Assembly: GCA_964016885.1 (NCBI GenBank)
Contig: OZ024743.1
Location: 338,334,001-338,398,000, forward strand
Direction: 5' to 3'
Source of the DNA: Eledone cirrhosa
Taxonomy: Eukaryota
DNA length: 64,000 nt
In this document: positions 1 through 10,409 of the stretch, piece by piece
Numbering within the stretch: position 1 is the first letter of the stretch
How the letters are laid out: each line of letters starts with the position of its first letter
Made by a program: the position numbers and the translations under genes
The notes under the pieces: model-generated
Told to the model about the DNA's origin: nothing
The model's database searches: none
What the model saw: only the letters and a program-made list of their open reading frames with translations

Positions 1-262
1 GAGAAGACTGAGATGATATGGACATGTGATGCGCATGGAGGATGACCGCTGAGTAAAGAATGGCCAAGAAATCCCAGTAGAAGGAAGAAGCAGTAGAGGT
101 AGACCACGAAAAACATGAGCGGAGGTGGTGAGAGCAGACCTCAGATCGCTGAAACTCATAGAGGAGATGATGAAGGACCGTGACAAGTGGAGAGATGCTG
201 TGCTGAATAGGACCCATCGCACCCTTGCAAACAGGGAAAAGCAGACGTAAAATGATCATGAT
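1..262 (+). mobile_element. RTE LINE subfamily B, 3' end (runs off the window)
   Basis: Decayed RRLRWYGHVMRMEDD...GRPRKTW coding sequence, then 3' end cccttgcaaacagggaaaagcagacgtaaaatgat; same family as 7018-7516. Confidence 0.85.
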
Positions 263-659
263 ATTAATAAATGGAAACTATATTTATAAAACCATATTTA
301 TTCTATTATATATATTGCAAGGGTACCAAAACTGTTGAGTGCTTTGAATCAGTTATAAATATATATATTTGTTGAATTACCAAAAATTAAATATCCCTTT
401 GCTTTTATATATATATATATATATATGACCAGAATTTGTGTAAGGCGAGGGGGACAAGTAAACAACATAGAAGGATAAAAGCAAACCGAAGATAGGAAAA
501 TAAACAAGCAACATGGTTGTCCGGTCAGCCTAAGCTGGGTGGATTTCATGAGTGAGATATATATAAACTACATGCACAGTCACATACATATATCATCCTT
601 CGTTTTTCTCAACAGACATAGACAACTGTTCTGAATGAGACACATAAGCTATTGCAGTA

Positions 660-875
660 TTTTGTTGCTAATCTAGGTACAAATCCAACAAGAGGACAGT
701 CAATTATAATGACCCCAGTATTTTACTGATCCTTTATTTTGTCAACCCCGGGAGTATGAAAGGTAACATTGACCTTGGTGAGCTTTGAAACCAGAATATA
801 ACGAGCTCTAAGGAAATACTGCAGTGCAGTGCATTTCATCCAATGCACTAATGATTCCGCCAATTCTGCAAACCC
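660..875 (-). mobile_element. Decayed tRNA-derived SINE (Meta-domain-like family)
   Basis: Reverse complement of the GCCTTTCATCC...GTCGATAAAATAAAGTACCAG-type core seen in many other copies in the window. Confidence 0.65.
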
Positions 876-917
876 ACTACCCATCATAATGGATAATGGA
901 AGTGGAATGATGGTTAA

Positions 918-1735
918 AGCTAACTCAGAGATATATTAACATGGTAAGACAGTTTGGTCTGGTTTGGGCTGGTTTGGTGTAGTCTGATCTGGGCTTATTA
1001 TAGTATATAAAAGTGTATAGTATTTATAGTATATATATAGTATATAAAAAAGGGGTTTGGATTGGCAGTATCGGTAGAGGGTCGGATGCTTTGTAAAATA
1101 GAGTTCTACCCCTTTATGGTGTGAGTTCAAATCTCACTGAGGTTGACTTTGCCTTTCATCCTTACTGGGTCAATAAAATAAAGTACAGTAATGTAAAATA
1201 AAGTACAGTAATAAAATAAAGTACAGTAATAAAATAAAGTACAGTAATTGCTGGCCTTGTGCCAAAAGTAGAAACAATTATATTATATGAATTGTGCTAT
1301 TGTTATACTATTATTGTTAGAGCTAACTCAATGGTATGGTAACATGGTAATACAGTTTGGTCTGATCCTATCTGGTTTGGGCTGGTGTAGTGTAGTCTGA
1401 TGTGATCTAGTCTGACTATAGTATATAAACTGCGTGGTGTGGTTGCACTGTTAGTGTTAGAGCTAACTCAGTGGTATGGTAACATGGTAATACAGTTTGG
1501 TCTGATCCAGTCTGGTCTAGTTAGGAGTGGTGTAGTGTAGTGTGGTGTGGTGTGGTCTGGTCTGGTCTGGTCTGACTATAGTATATAAACTGTGTGGTAT
1601 GATTGTACTATTATTGTCAAAGCCAAGTGAGAGGTATGGTAACATGATAAGGCAGTTTGGTCTGATCCAGTCTTGTCTGGTCTGATGAAGTCTGATTATG
1701 GTATATAAACTGTGTGGTATGGTTGCACTACTAGT
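918..1735. repeat. Local tandem repeat of ~140-160 bp units (4 copies), first unit interrupted by a SINE
   Basis: agctaactca...aacatggtaa.acagtttggtctgatcc...tagtatataaactg recurs at about 918, 1321, 1461 and 1621. Confidence 0.8.
1053..1282 (+). mobile_element. tRNA-derived SINE (Meta-domain-like)
   Basis: Head tggcagtatcggtagag, B-box-like gagttcaaatc, core tttgcctttcatccttactgggtcaataaaataaagtac, tail gctggccttgtgccaaaagtagaaacaatt. Confidence 0.8.
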
Positions 1736-1913
1736 GTACCAATAAATCAAACTCTGATAGCATCTACATTGATAGCTGCAACTGTATATTACACTGAATA
1801 ATTTACTGAACACTTTCTGATCATCATCTAGATAACAACCTGTACACACAAACACACATGTACACACAAACATTCACACAACACATGTACACACAAACAT
1901 TCACACAACACAT

Positions 1914-1963
<50 letters not shown>

Positions 1964-1991
1964 CTACACACACGTATATTTATATTCATGT

Positions 1992-2060
<69 letters not shown>

Positions 2061-2062
<2 letters not shown>

Positions 2063-4852
2063 ATCATCATCATCATCGTTTAACGCTTGCATGGGTTTGG
2101 ACGGGAATTTTCCCACTTGAAGCAAGATTGGTTGTCCTGCTCATATAGGACTGTCTGGCGGGTTTTCTACGGCTGGATGCCCTTCCTAACACCAACCACG
2201 TTTACAGTGTGGACTGGGAGGTTTTTACTGTGTTACCTACACGGCCACATTACAGCGTGGACTGTGTGTTTTTTTGTTGTGACACCTACACGACCTCATT
2301 TGTTTCGGATTGGATGCTGTGGTACCAACATAACTTTACATTGAAAGGGGTGGTGTGTATGGGGTGGGGGTAGTGGGACGGGGTGTATTTTGTTAGAGGT
2401 GCCTACTGACTGTAGGTTTCACTTTGTACTTAGGCAAGGTGGGTCTTCTGTATGACTGTGTAGCGCCAAAGATCTCTGTCCAGTGACATTGTCTTGGAGA
2501 GGTGTAAGTGTGTGAGGTCGGAATTTATCAAGTCGTCCCAGGTTTTTCTGGGTCTGCCTACTCCGTGGCTACCGTCTATTCTTATCGCCCTACACTTTTT
2601 TATACAGCTGTCATCTTTCATGCACATCACGTGACCATACCAACGTAGTCTTCTCTCGAGTAAACAACATCTGATACCTCTTATTTCTAATTTCTCCCTT
2701 AGTTCATTTATGCTTTGCCGTTCACGTATATTACTATTACACATCCAGCGGAACATGCAAGCTTCGTTCCTCTCCAGTCTGCGTATATCCTCTGCACACA
2801 ATGCCCAGGTCTCACTGCCATGTAACATTGCTGTTCGTATGCAGGCACCATACAGCCTGCCTTTCATTTTTAGAGAGATCCCTTTAGCGGCCAATAGTGG
2901 TATAAGCTCTCTGAACTTTTTCCATCCCGTTCTGACTCTAGCTACTGTACTTTCAGAACACCCTCCCCCACTGCTGATTTTGTCACCCAGGTAACGGAAG
3001 GTGTCCACTATTTCTATAGAACCATCTGTGCAATGGAATGAGCTAGTATTCTGTGGGCACTTGCTGCTACTTATTGCACCAGAGCACCGGCCACATATAA
3101 AATCTATATTCTTAGTTAGCTTACCTGTGATCCCACTACATCTTTTATGCACCCATACTTTGCATTTGGGACATAAAATGGAGTTTCTGCCTACTCCTTT
3201 CCTGCACACTAAGCATGGCCATTTCCCAGATGGGACCGGTGCCCTATTTTCCTTCCTACAAACTAGATCTTTAGTCTTAGACAAGTTAACTTTAAGGCCT
3301 TTTGATTCTAGGCCATGCTTCCATGTTTGGAATTTCTTCTCTAGTTCAGCCATTGATTCAGCTATGAGCGTTAGATCATCTGCATATAGGAGTTCCCATG
3401 GGCAGCTGGTCTTGAACTCCTCTGTTATAGCCTGACGGGCAATAATAAATAGTAGGGGGCTAAGATCGGAGCCCTGATGAACATCAACTTTTACGCTAAA
3501 CTCTTCACTATATTCGTTGTTAATTCTAACCTTGCTGACTGTTTCTTTATACATGGCTTGTATAGCTCTCACAAGCCATTCATCAACACCTAGTTTTCTA
3601 AGAGCCCACCAGATAACGGAGCGGGGGGACTCTGTCAAAGGCTTTCTCCAAGTCAACAAAAGCTAAATATAGGGGTTTACTTTTAGCTAGGTACTTCTGT
3701 AGTTGTCGTACAATGAAAAGAGTGTCTCTGGTACTTTTACCTGACACAAACCCGACCTGCATTTCATCTAGATTAATTCGTTCTCTGATTAGTTGCGCTA
3801 TTACTTTTTCTGTGACCTTCATGACCTGGTCGATTAATTTAATGCCTCTATAGTTACCCCTATCTAGGGCATCTCCTTTACCCTTGTAGCAGTTAATGAT
3901 GATGCTGCTACGCCAGTCCTTCTGAACAACCCCATTCTGTATGATTTGGTTTACTATCCGGGTGACCATAGTGTGTCCCACCGTTCCAGATGCTTTCAGC
4001 ATTTCAGCAACTATTTCCGAAGGCCCAGCCGCCTTACCCGTCTTCATATCTTTGATTGCCTTACTTATTATACTACCTTCAACTAGCACTGCTGGTCCTT
4101 CTATTGGATCGATGTGGGGGAGACTGTCTTTCTCCCATTTATTCTCCTTATTTAGTAGCCTTTCGTAGTGACACTTCCAAGCTACCTTCTTATCAGCGTC
4201 AGTGATGGCAAGTACACCATCATCATTAAGGACACACTTCTCCCCGACAATATCACGGTTTTCCTTGACACATTGCCTAGCAATCCTGAACACCTCACGT
4301 TTTTGGTCCTCGCGTTGTAGAACATGCTTGAACTGTCTTTCGTCTGCTTCCCTTCTTGCGAAGTACACTTGTCTCCTAGCCACTTGATATTCTTCTCTAC
4401 TTCCCTCATCCCGCCATACTTTCCAAGTCTGCTTTTTGGCCTTAATTGACTCCTGCACCTTACTGTTCCACCACCACGTTACTCTCCTCCTGCCTATAGG
4501 CCTGCTCCAGCCACAGACTTCATCTGCCGCCTTCAGCAGGTTAGCTTTCAGGAATTCCCACTGTTCCTCTATATTGTACGACTCTAATTGCTCTTCCTTA
4601 CTGTCGAAAGCATCAAGGAATATGCTTTTAAATTTATTACTGGCTGTGGGGTCTTTTAGCTTCCATATTTTTCTCCTGAGGATAGTCTTCCTCTGTTGTC
4701 GAGGACGTCTTGTCCTGACTATGAGGTCGCTGACTATGAGTCTATGTTGGGAGGTGCATTCTTCATGGGGGAGGGATTTAGTGTTTACAACAGCCACTCT
4801 ATCACTAGGTGATCAAGTGATTGTCTCGTTTTTTGAAGTTAGTGTTACAGAT
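2061..4852 (-). mobile_element. RTE LINE subfamily A, 5'-truncated and frameshifted (end of APE, RT with PHD insert, 3'UTR, (GAT)n tail)
   Basis: ORFs 3598-4797 and 2430-3659 contain NYRGIKL, AFVDLEKAFDRVP, HQGSxLSPLLF, LLYADD, FRYLG, RLRWYGHV. Flanked by (TA)n on both sides. Confidence 0.95.
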
Positions 4853-5102
4853 ATATATATATATATTGTGTGTGAGCAGTGAATTTCATAAAACATTCTA
4901 TATCTAAAGTTGCCAGGGCATTCAGTCTGAAGGACAAGTTGTACTATACAAAATTTGGTTAAATTCACAACCATTCCATCAGTCGAATACACACGTTTCA
5001 CCTATTGAGTTATTACTTCAGCAACCCACATAATAGAGTTCCCAACTTTAACCCATTAACATTTACATAACTCTATGTTTACTATATTTTCACAGTAAAC
5101 AC

Positions 5103-5284
5103 TTAACCCTTTAGCATTTACATTACTTTATATATACAATAGCAGAATGGCCTGGCGTTGCTCAGGATTTGCTCTACGGTTCTTATATATTTGATATATA
5201 TTTATCCTTATCGAGCCTCGTGAAATAAATATGTTTGTTTATATTTTGTTATTGTGTATGCAAAAATATCTGTACACAAATATA

Positions 5285-5340
<56 letters not shown>

Positions 5341-5452
5341 TAACAGATTAAAGTTTAAGCAAAGAATCGCTGCTTTCACCCTTAACGGGATTTTCTGAAA
5401 CTAAAAATATCAATCTGTGAACGCAGAAGTAAAAATTTCGAAAAATGTTACA

Positions 5453-5497
<45 letters not shown>

Positions 5498-5978
5498 ATA
5501 TATACATATATACACACACATATAGCGTCATAATGTCGTAATGCAGACAATCAGACATACAGACAGATATTATAAGTGCGCAACGTTATATCTATGTATC
5601 TATCTAAAAAGAAAGAATTATAGAGAGAGATCGCTAAGTTGCCTAATGCGAAATTTGAAATATGTTTTGCTGAAAACACTCACAGGACCATAAGTTTTAC
5701 ATGTGTAAAGTTTGAAAACAATCGGTTGGGTGGTTCTTAAGTTTTAGGGAGCTGACAGACAAACATTCTCTGTTTTAGATATATAGATTGTATTTTCACG
5801 GTAAAGGCTTTATCTTACATAATATCTCACATAGTATCGAATCTATGAGATTTTAATGTTATTTATTTTGAGAACAATACCTTAATGTAAGTATGAGTAG
5901 CCAGTTACGGCTGGTTTAAAAAGAAAAAGGTGAGAGAATTCTGGCCGGATATGGCTGGTTTAAATGCTAAAGGATTAA
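5103..5978. mobile_element. piggyBac-like TTAA MITE (family 1), inner copy
   Basis: TTAACCCTTTAGCATTTA ... TAAATGCTAAAGGATTAA; body matches the intact copies at 39304 and 49203. Confidence 0.8.
5139..5787 (-). mobile_element. Non-autonomous Helitron
   Basis: Minus strand starts TCTATATATC and ends with hairpin CCTGAGCAACGCCAGG plus CTGCTA(T); paralog of 15491-17260. Confidence 0.75.
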
Positions 5979-6349
5979 TTTCACATAATTATCTCACATA
6001 TTATCGAATCTACGAGATTTTTATATAATTTATTTTGAGAACAATACCTTAACATAAGTATGAGCAGCTGGTTACAGTCAGAAAGAGGTAAGAAAATTCT
6101 GGCAGGATACAGACTGTTTAAATGCTAAAGGGTTAAGTACGAACAAGTTCCTTCTATTTTGCACAAGCCTTACAATTGAACACTCCAAGTTCTTTCCCCT
6201 TCCATAAGAGCTCTTTAGTAGAATTTTAATCCTCACAATTATAACTAATATGTTTAACTGATGAGATGCTAAAGTAACAACTACCCCAGCAGAACGGACA
6301 TATTCGACAGATAAAAATACTGTGAATTTAACCAAATTTTTGTATGTGT

Positions 6350-6394
<45 letters not shown>

Positions 6395-6830
6395 AAAATT
6401 CACTTTGTAGAATGTGGGAAAGTATGGAAGCGAGATGTACACATATTATGATCTGAACTACGTATGGCTGACTCTGAGTGCAGGAATCTTATATGACATA
6501 CAGACATGATTGTATATATGTGTGTATGTACATATATATATAAATGAATATTTAAATATTCATTTTATTAAAGGCAAATATAAAGTCTTGTAACTATGGA
6601 GAAACACCCGAGTAACAAGATTCACAATTTAGCCTTAATAAAATGAATATATATATATATATATATTCGATATATCTCATATGAAATAATACAGCCAATT
6701 TTCCACACAATACAATTAGTTAGCACCCCGAACGTTTAAATTAGGAATATACCCACTTATTTCCTAATGTTTGTTGAGTGAGTTGGAATTTGGCGGATGT
6801 ATCGCTAAAAGCTTTCTCCGATAATGTATT

Positions 6831-6858
<28 letters not shown>

Positions 6859-6861
<3 letters not shown>

Positions 6862-6921
6862 GGAACGAGTAAGACCCCGACGGCTGAGCTCAAGCCGTTT
6901 CGGGGTCTTACTCGTTCCTAT
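6859..6921 (-). other. Perfect fold-back (22-bp arms) containing a hammerhead-like GAAAC/helix III/GUC half core, in a (TA)n-flanked island
   Basis: ATAGGAACGAGTAAGACCCCGA / TCGGGGTCTTACTCGTTCCTAT. Minus strand reads CCCC-GAA-ACGGCT-TGAGCTC-AGCCGT-C. Confidence 0.6.
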
Positions 6922-7017
6922 TACCCACTCTACTACTCTAAGTATTGAGTACTTTGGTGCGTTATGGTCCACCTGGTTCCTTACCACATTTCCTTCATTA
7001 TATATATATATATATAT

Positions 7018-7516
7018 AAATTCTCTAAAATGCACACAATGCAGATCCTGGGTACACAAGAGATGTAGCGGGATAGCAGGCAAACTAACAGGTAGGGAGA
7101 AATATGTATGCAGTAGATGTACAGGGAAATTAGACAGTAGAATTCGCATTGATAGACAGTAGAATTCGCATTGATAGACACATTTTTCAAATGCAGGACG
7201 ACCCAGCATAAATGTGTTGAGAGAGAAACTGGGATGTAGTGTACGGGAGAGGAGACTGAGGTGGTATGGACATGTGATGCGCATGGAGGATGACCGATGG
7301 GTGAAGAAGTGCCAGGAAATGCCAGTTGAAGGAAGACGTGGTAGAGGTAGACCACAAAAAACATGGGCGGAGGTGGTGAGAACAGACCTCAGATCATTGA
7401 AGCTCACGGTGGAGATGACGAAGGACCGTGACGAGTGGAGAGATGCTGTGCTGAATAAGACCCGTCCCACCCTTGCAAGCAGGGAAAAGCGGATGTAAAA
7501 TGATGTTGATGATGAT
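7018..7516 (+). mobile_element. RTE LINE subfamily B, 5'-truncated with an internal deletion and a 23-bp duplication
   Basis: [15 protein letters not shown]...CSRC, then ERRLRWYGHVMRMEDD...GRPQKTW; (GAT)n tail. Confidence 0.88.
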
Positions 7517-7776
7517 ACTACGAGGACAAAAACAATGCTCATAACTTCAGCCACCAACTATACATAATGTAACAAGCTGGCATCAAGCCGTGATGTTTGG
7601 TATCAAGAAAAGTCTCCAGGTGATAATATATTTATGTATAAGTGTCAATGTGTATGCCTTTAAAAAAAACACCTTACTCTTCATAAAACATTACACATCA
7701 CAGCTAAGTGGCTTGACAAATGTTAGTGGTATATACAATTCTCGGGAGAAAGTATGAGCTGGCATCAAGAAGGGCA

Positions 7777-7910
7777 TCCAACCATAGAAAATCTACTTTA
7801 AACATCACATCCAACCATAGAAAATCTACTTTAAACATCACATCCAACCATAGAAAATCTACTCTAAACATCACATCCAACCATAGAAAATCTACCCTAA
7901 ACATCACATC
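7777..7910 (+). repeat. 33-bp tandem repeat, 4 copies
   Basis: catccaaccatagaaaatctactttaaacatca repeated; begins in an aagggcatcca.cc.tagaaa motif like the RTE 3'UTR. Confidence 0.9.
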
Positions 7911-7914
7911 ACAG

Positions 7915-8122
7915 ACAGTATCGGTAGAGCGCCGGAAAACATACTTTATGACACAGAGTTACGCCCCTTTACGAGCTTAGTTCAAATCCTGCCAAAGTTA
8001 GCTTTGCCTTTTATCCTTACGGAGCCAATAAATAAAACACTAGTAATACACTGGGGTCAATTTAATAGACTCTCCCCTTCCCTAAAATTGCTGGCCTTGT
8101 GCCTGTAGTAGAAATCATTATT
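7915..8122 (+). mobile_element. tRNA-derived SINE (Meta-domain-like)
   Basis: cagtatcggtagag head, agttcaaatcc, tttgccttttatccttac core, gctggccttgtgcc tail. Confidence 0.75.
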
Positions 8123-8571
8123 TTGGGAGAGGAGGGGGTGAAGCAGGGCTATTTTTTGTTTTTTTTCTCTGATTTTTTTTCTATAATAGTTTTGATCAAA
8201 ATGTCACTCATGTATGAAGTAGCTATTTTTGAAATCTTCATAGAGTTCAATAATCTTCATTTGCACTCGCAGATTCCAAATTTAGAAAGCAGTTAATGGT
8301 AACAAGTTGTTCTGGCAGGATTAGACATCTTGTACAGTGAGAGGAAGGGAGGGCGGATATTATATTATTGCTGTTGTTGTTGTATATTATTAATGGTTTC
8401 TTTTGATTCTACCCTTCCTCACCATTCACCTATCTAATCATTTTCAAATATGTTTGACTCAGCCAATATCTTTTAAGCTTAGATATGGCAAAGGTTTACT
8501 TGAGGGCAATGCCCCCCCCCCTCCCTCTCTCCATCATTCCCTCTCTTTTTTTTTCTTTCATTCTCCTCTCT

Positions 8572-8646
<75 letters not shown>

Positions 8647-9253
8647 TTCGTGCGTGCGTGTGTGTGCCTGCATGTAGCATATTTTAGCCATTATAGCTAA
8701 GGCCGTCCTAGAACAAACAGTAAGTAGAGTTGTGCCTGTCTGTCAAGATCTTGTGTATTATATGATAACTTTGCCTTTCATCCTTACTGGGTCGATAAAA
8801 TAAAGTACCAGTAATGCACTGGTAATTGCTGGCCTTGTGCCAAAAGTAGAAACAATTATATGTTGAAACTGATACAGTTACTTCACAGAAGAGTTATGAT
8901 AGAGACTTAACCACCCCTACTCCAAACACACACAAACGCGTGCGTGCGTGTGCATTTACACCTCCCAATATCTATCTCCCTCTTATCCTTCCTTTACTGT
9001 TTCTAACTTCCATCTACCTCCCTGACATTCCTATTTGCCTTCATATATAACACTGTAGTATATATATTAGGTCGCCAAGTATGAAATTTGTAGAAATTTT
9101 TTTTTTTTTTATTCTACAAATTTCAGTTTGTTTGGTCTCTATAACCTATGTTTATTGCTCTGGTCTTCTTTTAGTCTACTGAGCACTTGCTGCATATTTC
9201 AAAGATTGCGTTTCGCTTTGTTTTTGACCACTGCAAAAATTTGATCTCGCTGC

Positions 9254-9291
<38 letters not shown>

Positions 9292-9297
<6 letters not shown>

Positions 9298-10041
9298 GGC
9301 AGACTATGATGCATGTATACAAACAGCAATGTTACATGGTAGTGAGACTGGGCACTGTCTGTAGAAGACTTGCGTAGATTAGAAAGAAACGAAGTCTGCA
9401 TGCTCCGATGGATGTGTAATAGTAATATACGCGAACAGCAAAGCATAAATGAATTGAGAGAGAGACTAAGCATAAGAGGAATCAAATGCTGTGCTCAGGA
9501 GAGGCGGTTGCGTTGGTATGGACATGTGATGCGTATGAAGGATGACATCTGCATAAAAAGGTGCAGAGCACTAGAAGTCGATGGAAACCGCGGAGTGGGG
9601 AGACCCAAGAAGACCTGGGATGAGGTGATAAAAACCTACCTTACCCAATTACACCTCTCAAAGGCGATGTCACACAACCGTGACCTCTGGCGTCACGCAG
9701 TAATACAGAAGACCCGACCCCCCACGGGTACAAGCCGAAGCTGAAGTATATAGACAATATGGCCCCACACCCTCCCACTGCAAAGTGGCCGTGGAGGAGC
9801 CACGGCAAAAAAGAACCCAGCCCACACTGTAAAGTGGACGTGTAGGTGCCACGGGAAAAAAGCACCCAGCACTCACTGTAAATGAGGTTGGTGTTAGGAA
9901 GAGCATCGAGCTGTAGAAATCAAGCCAGAATCAGTCCCCGTATGAGCAAGACAAGGTCAGCTGACCGGACACTGCCCACAATAGGACAACCCGTATAAAC
10001 CCATGCTAGCGTGGAAGAACGGACGTAAAACGGTGATGATG
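9292..10041 (+). mobile_element. RTE LINE subfamily C, 3' fragment
   Basis: MKGRLxDAC...RRLERNEVCMLRWMC...RLRWYGHV; 3'UTR with 48-bp modules; ends gctagcgtggaagaacggacgtaaaacggtgatgat; 5' end abuts (TA)n. Confidence 0.9.
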
Positions 10042-10409
10042 CTGCGAAATGTAATGTAAATGCCATTTTTCTACAGCCTATCGGTCCATTCATTCATATA
10101 TCCATATCATCGCCCAGAATCCAATCTTTTGCTCTCTCTCAATGCTATTCTATAATTCTGTCTGGTTGTTCTAAATAATCTTCTTGTATTTTAAAACCCC
10201 ATTATTCGCTTATTATTACTGTTATATGCTTGTCCAATTATGCCCAAAATTCGTAGATTTCATTTAAACCCTCTCGTAAAATGCCCCATTTGTTTTTCTA
10301 AAATAACAATCTTGTTTGTTTAATTTTGGCCGAAAAATTCTAGGATTTATAAAATGGCCTCCTTGTCCCTCTTAATCTTTAACCGATATGATGGATCTTT
10401 AACCGATAT

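Larger units (their letters stand above)
5048..6136. mobile_element. piggyBac-like TTAA MITE (family 1), outer copy
   Basis: TTAA-CCC(A)TTA(A)CATTTA start, TAAATGCTAAAGGG-TTAA end; interrupted by a second copy. Confidence 0.75.
4946..6345. mobile_element. Old TIR DNA element hosting nested insertions
   Basis: atacaaaatttggttaaattcaca (~4947) is the inverted repeat of tgtgaatttaaccaaatttttgtat (6321-6345). Weaker similarity continues through atc.gtcgaata. Confidence 0.65.

Noticed and set aside
1053-1140. tRNA gene
   Set aside because: A/B-box-like head belongs to a SINE; no cloverleaf.
1738-1840. Cys-containing minus-strand segment after tgtacag as the candidate RING exon
   Set aside because: No CAVCIE...LPC pattern and weak splice signals.
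2710-3435. Recurrent antisense ORFs over RTE copies (MLCRSRILL..., MSTISIEPS...)
   Set aside because: Shadow frames of the RT ORF that recur only because the element is repeated.
8190-8330. Possible hAT transposase remnant (QMKIIELYEDF, minus strand)
   Set aside because: Too short and degenerate to support without a search.
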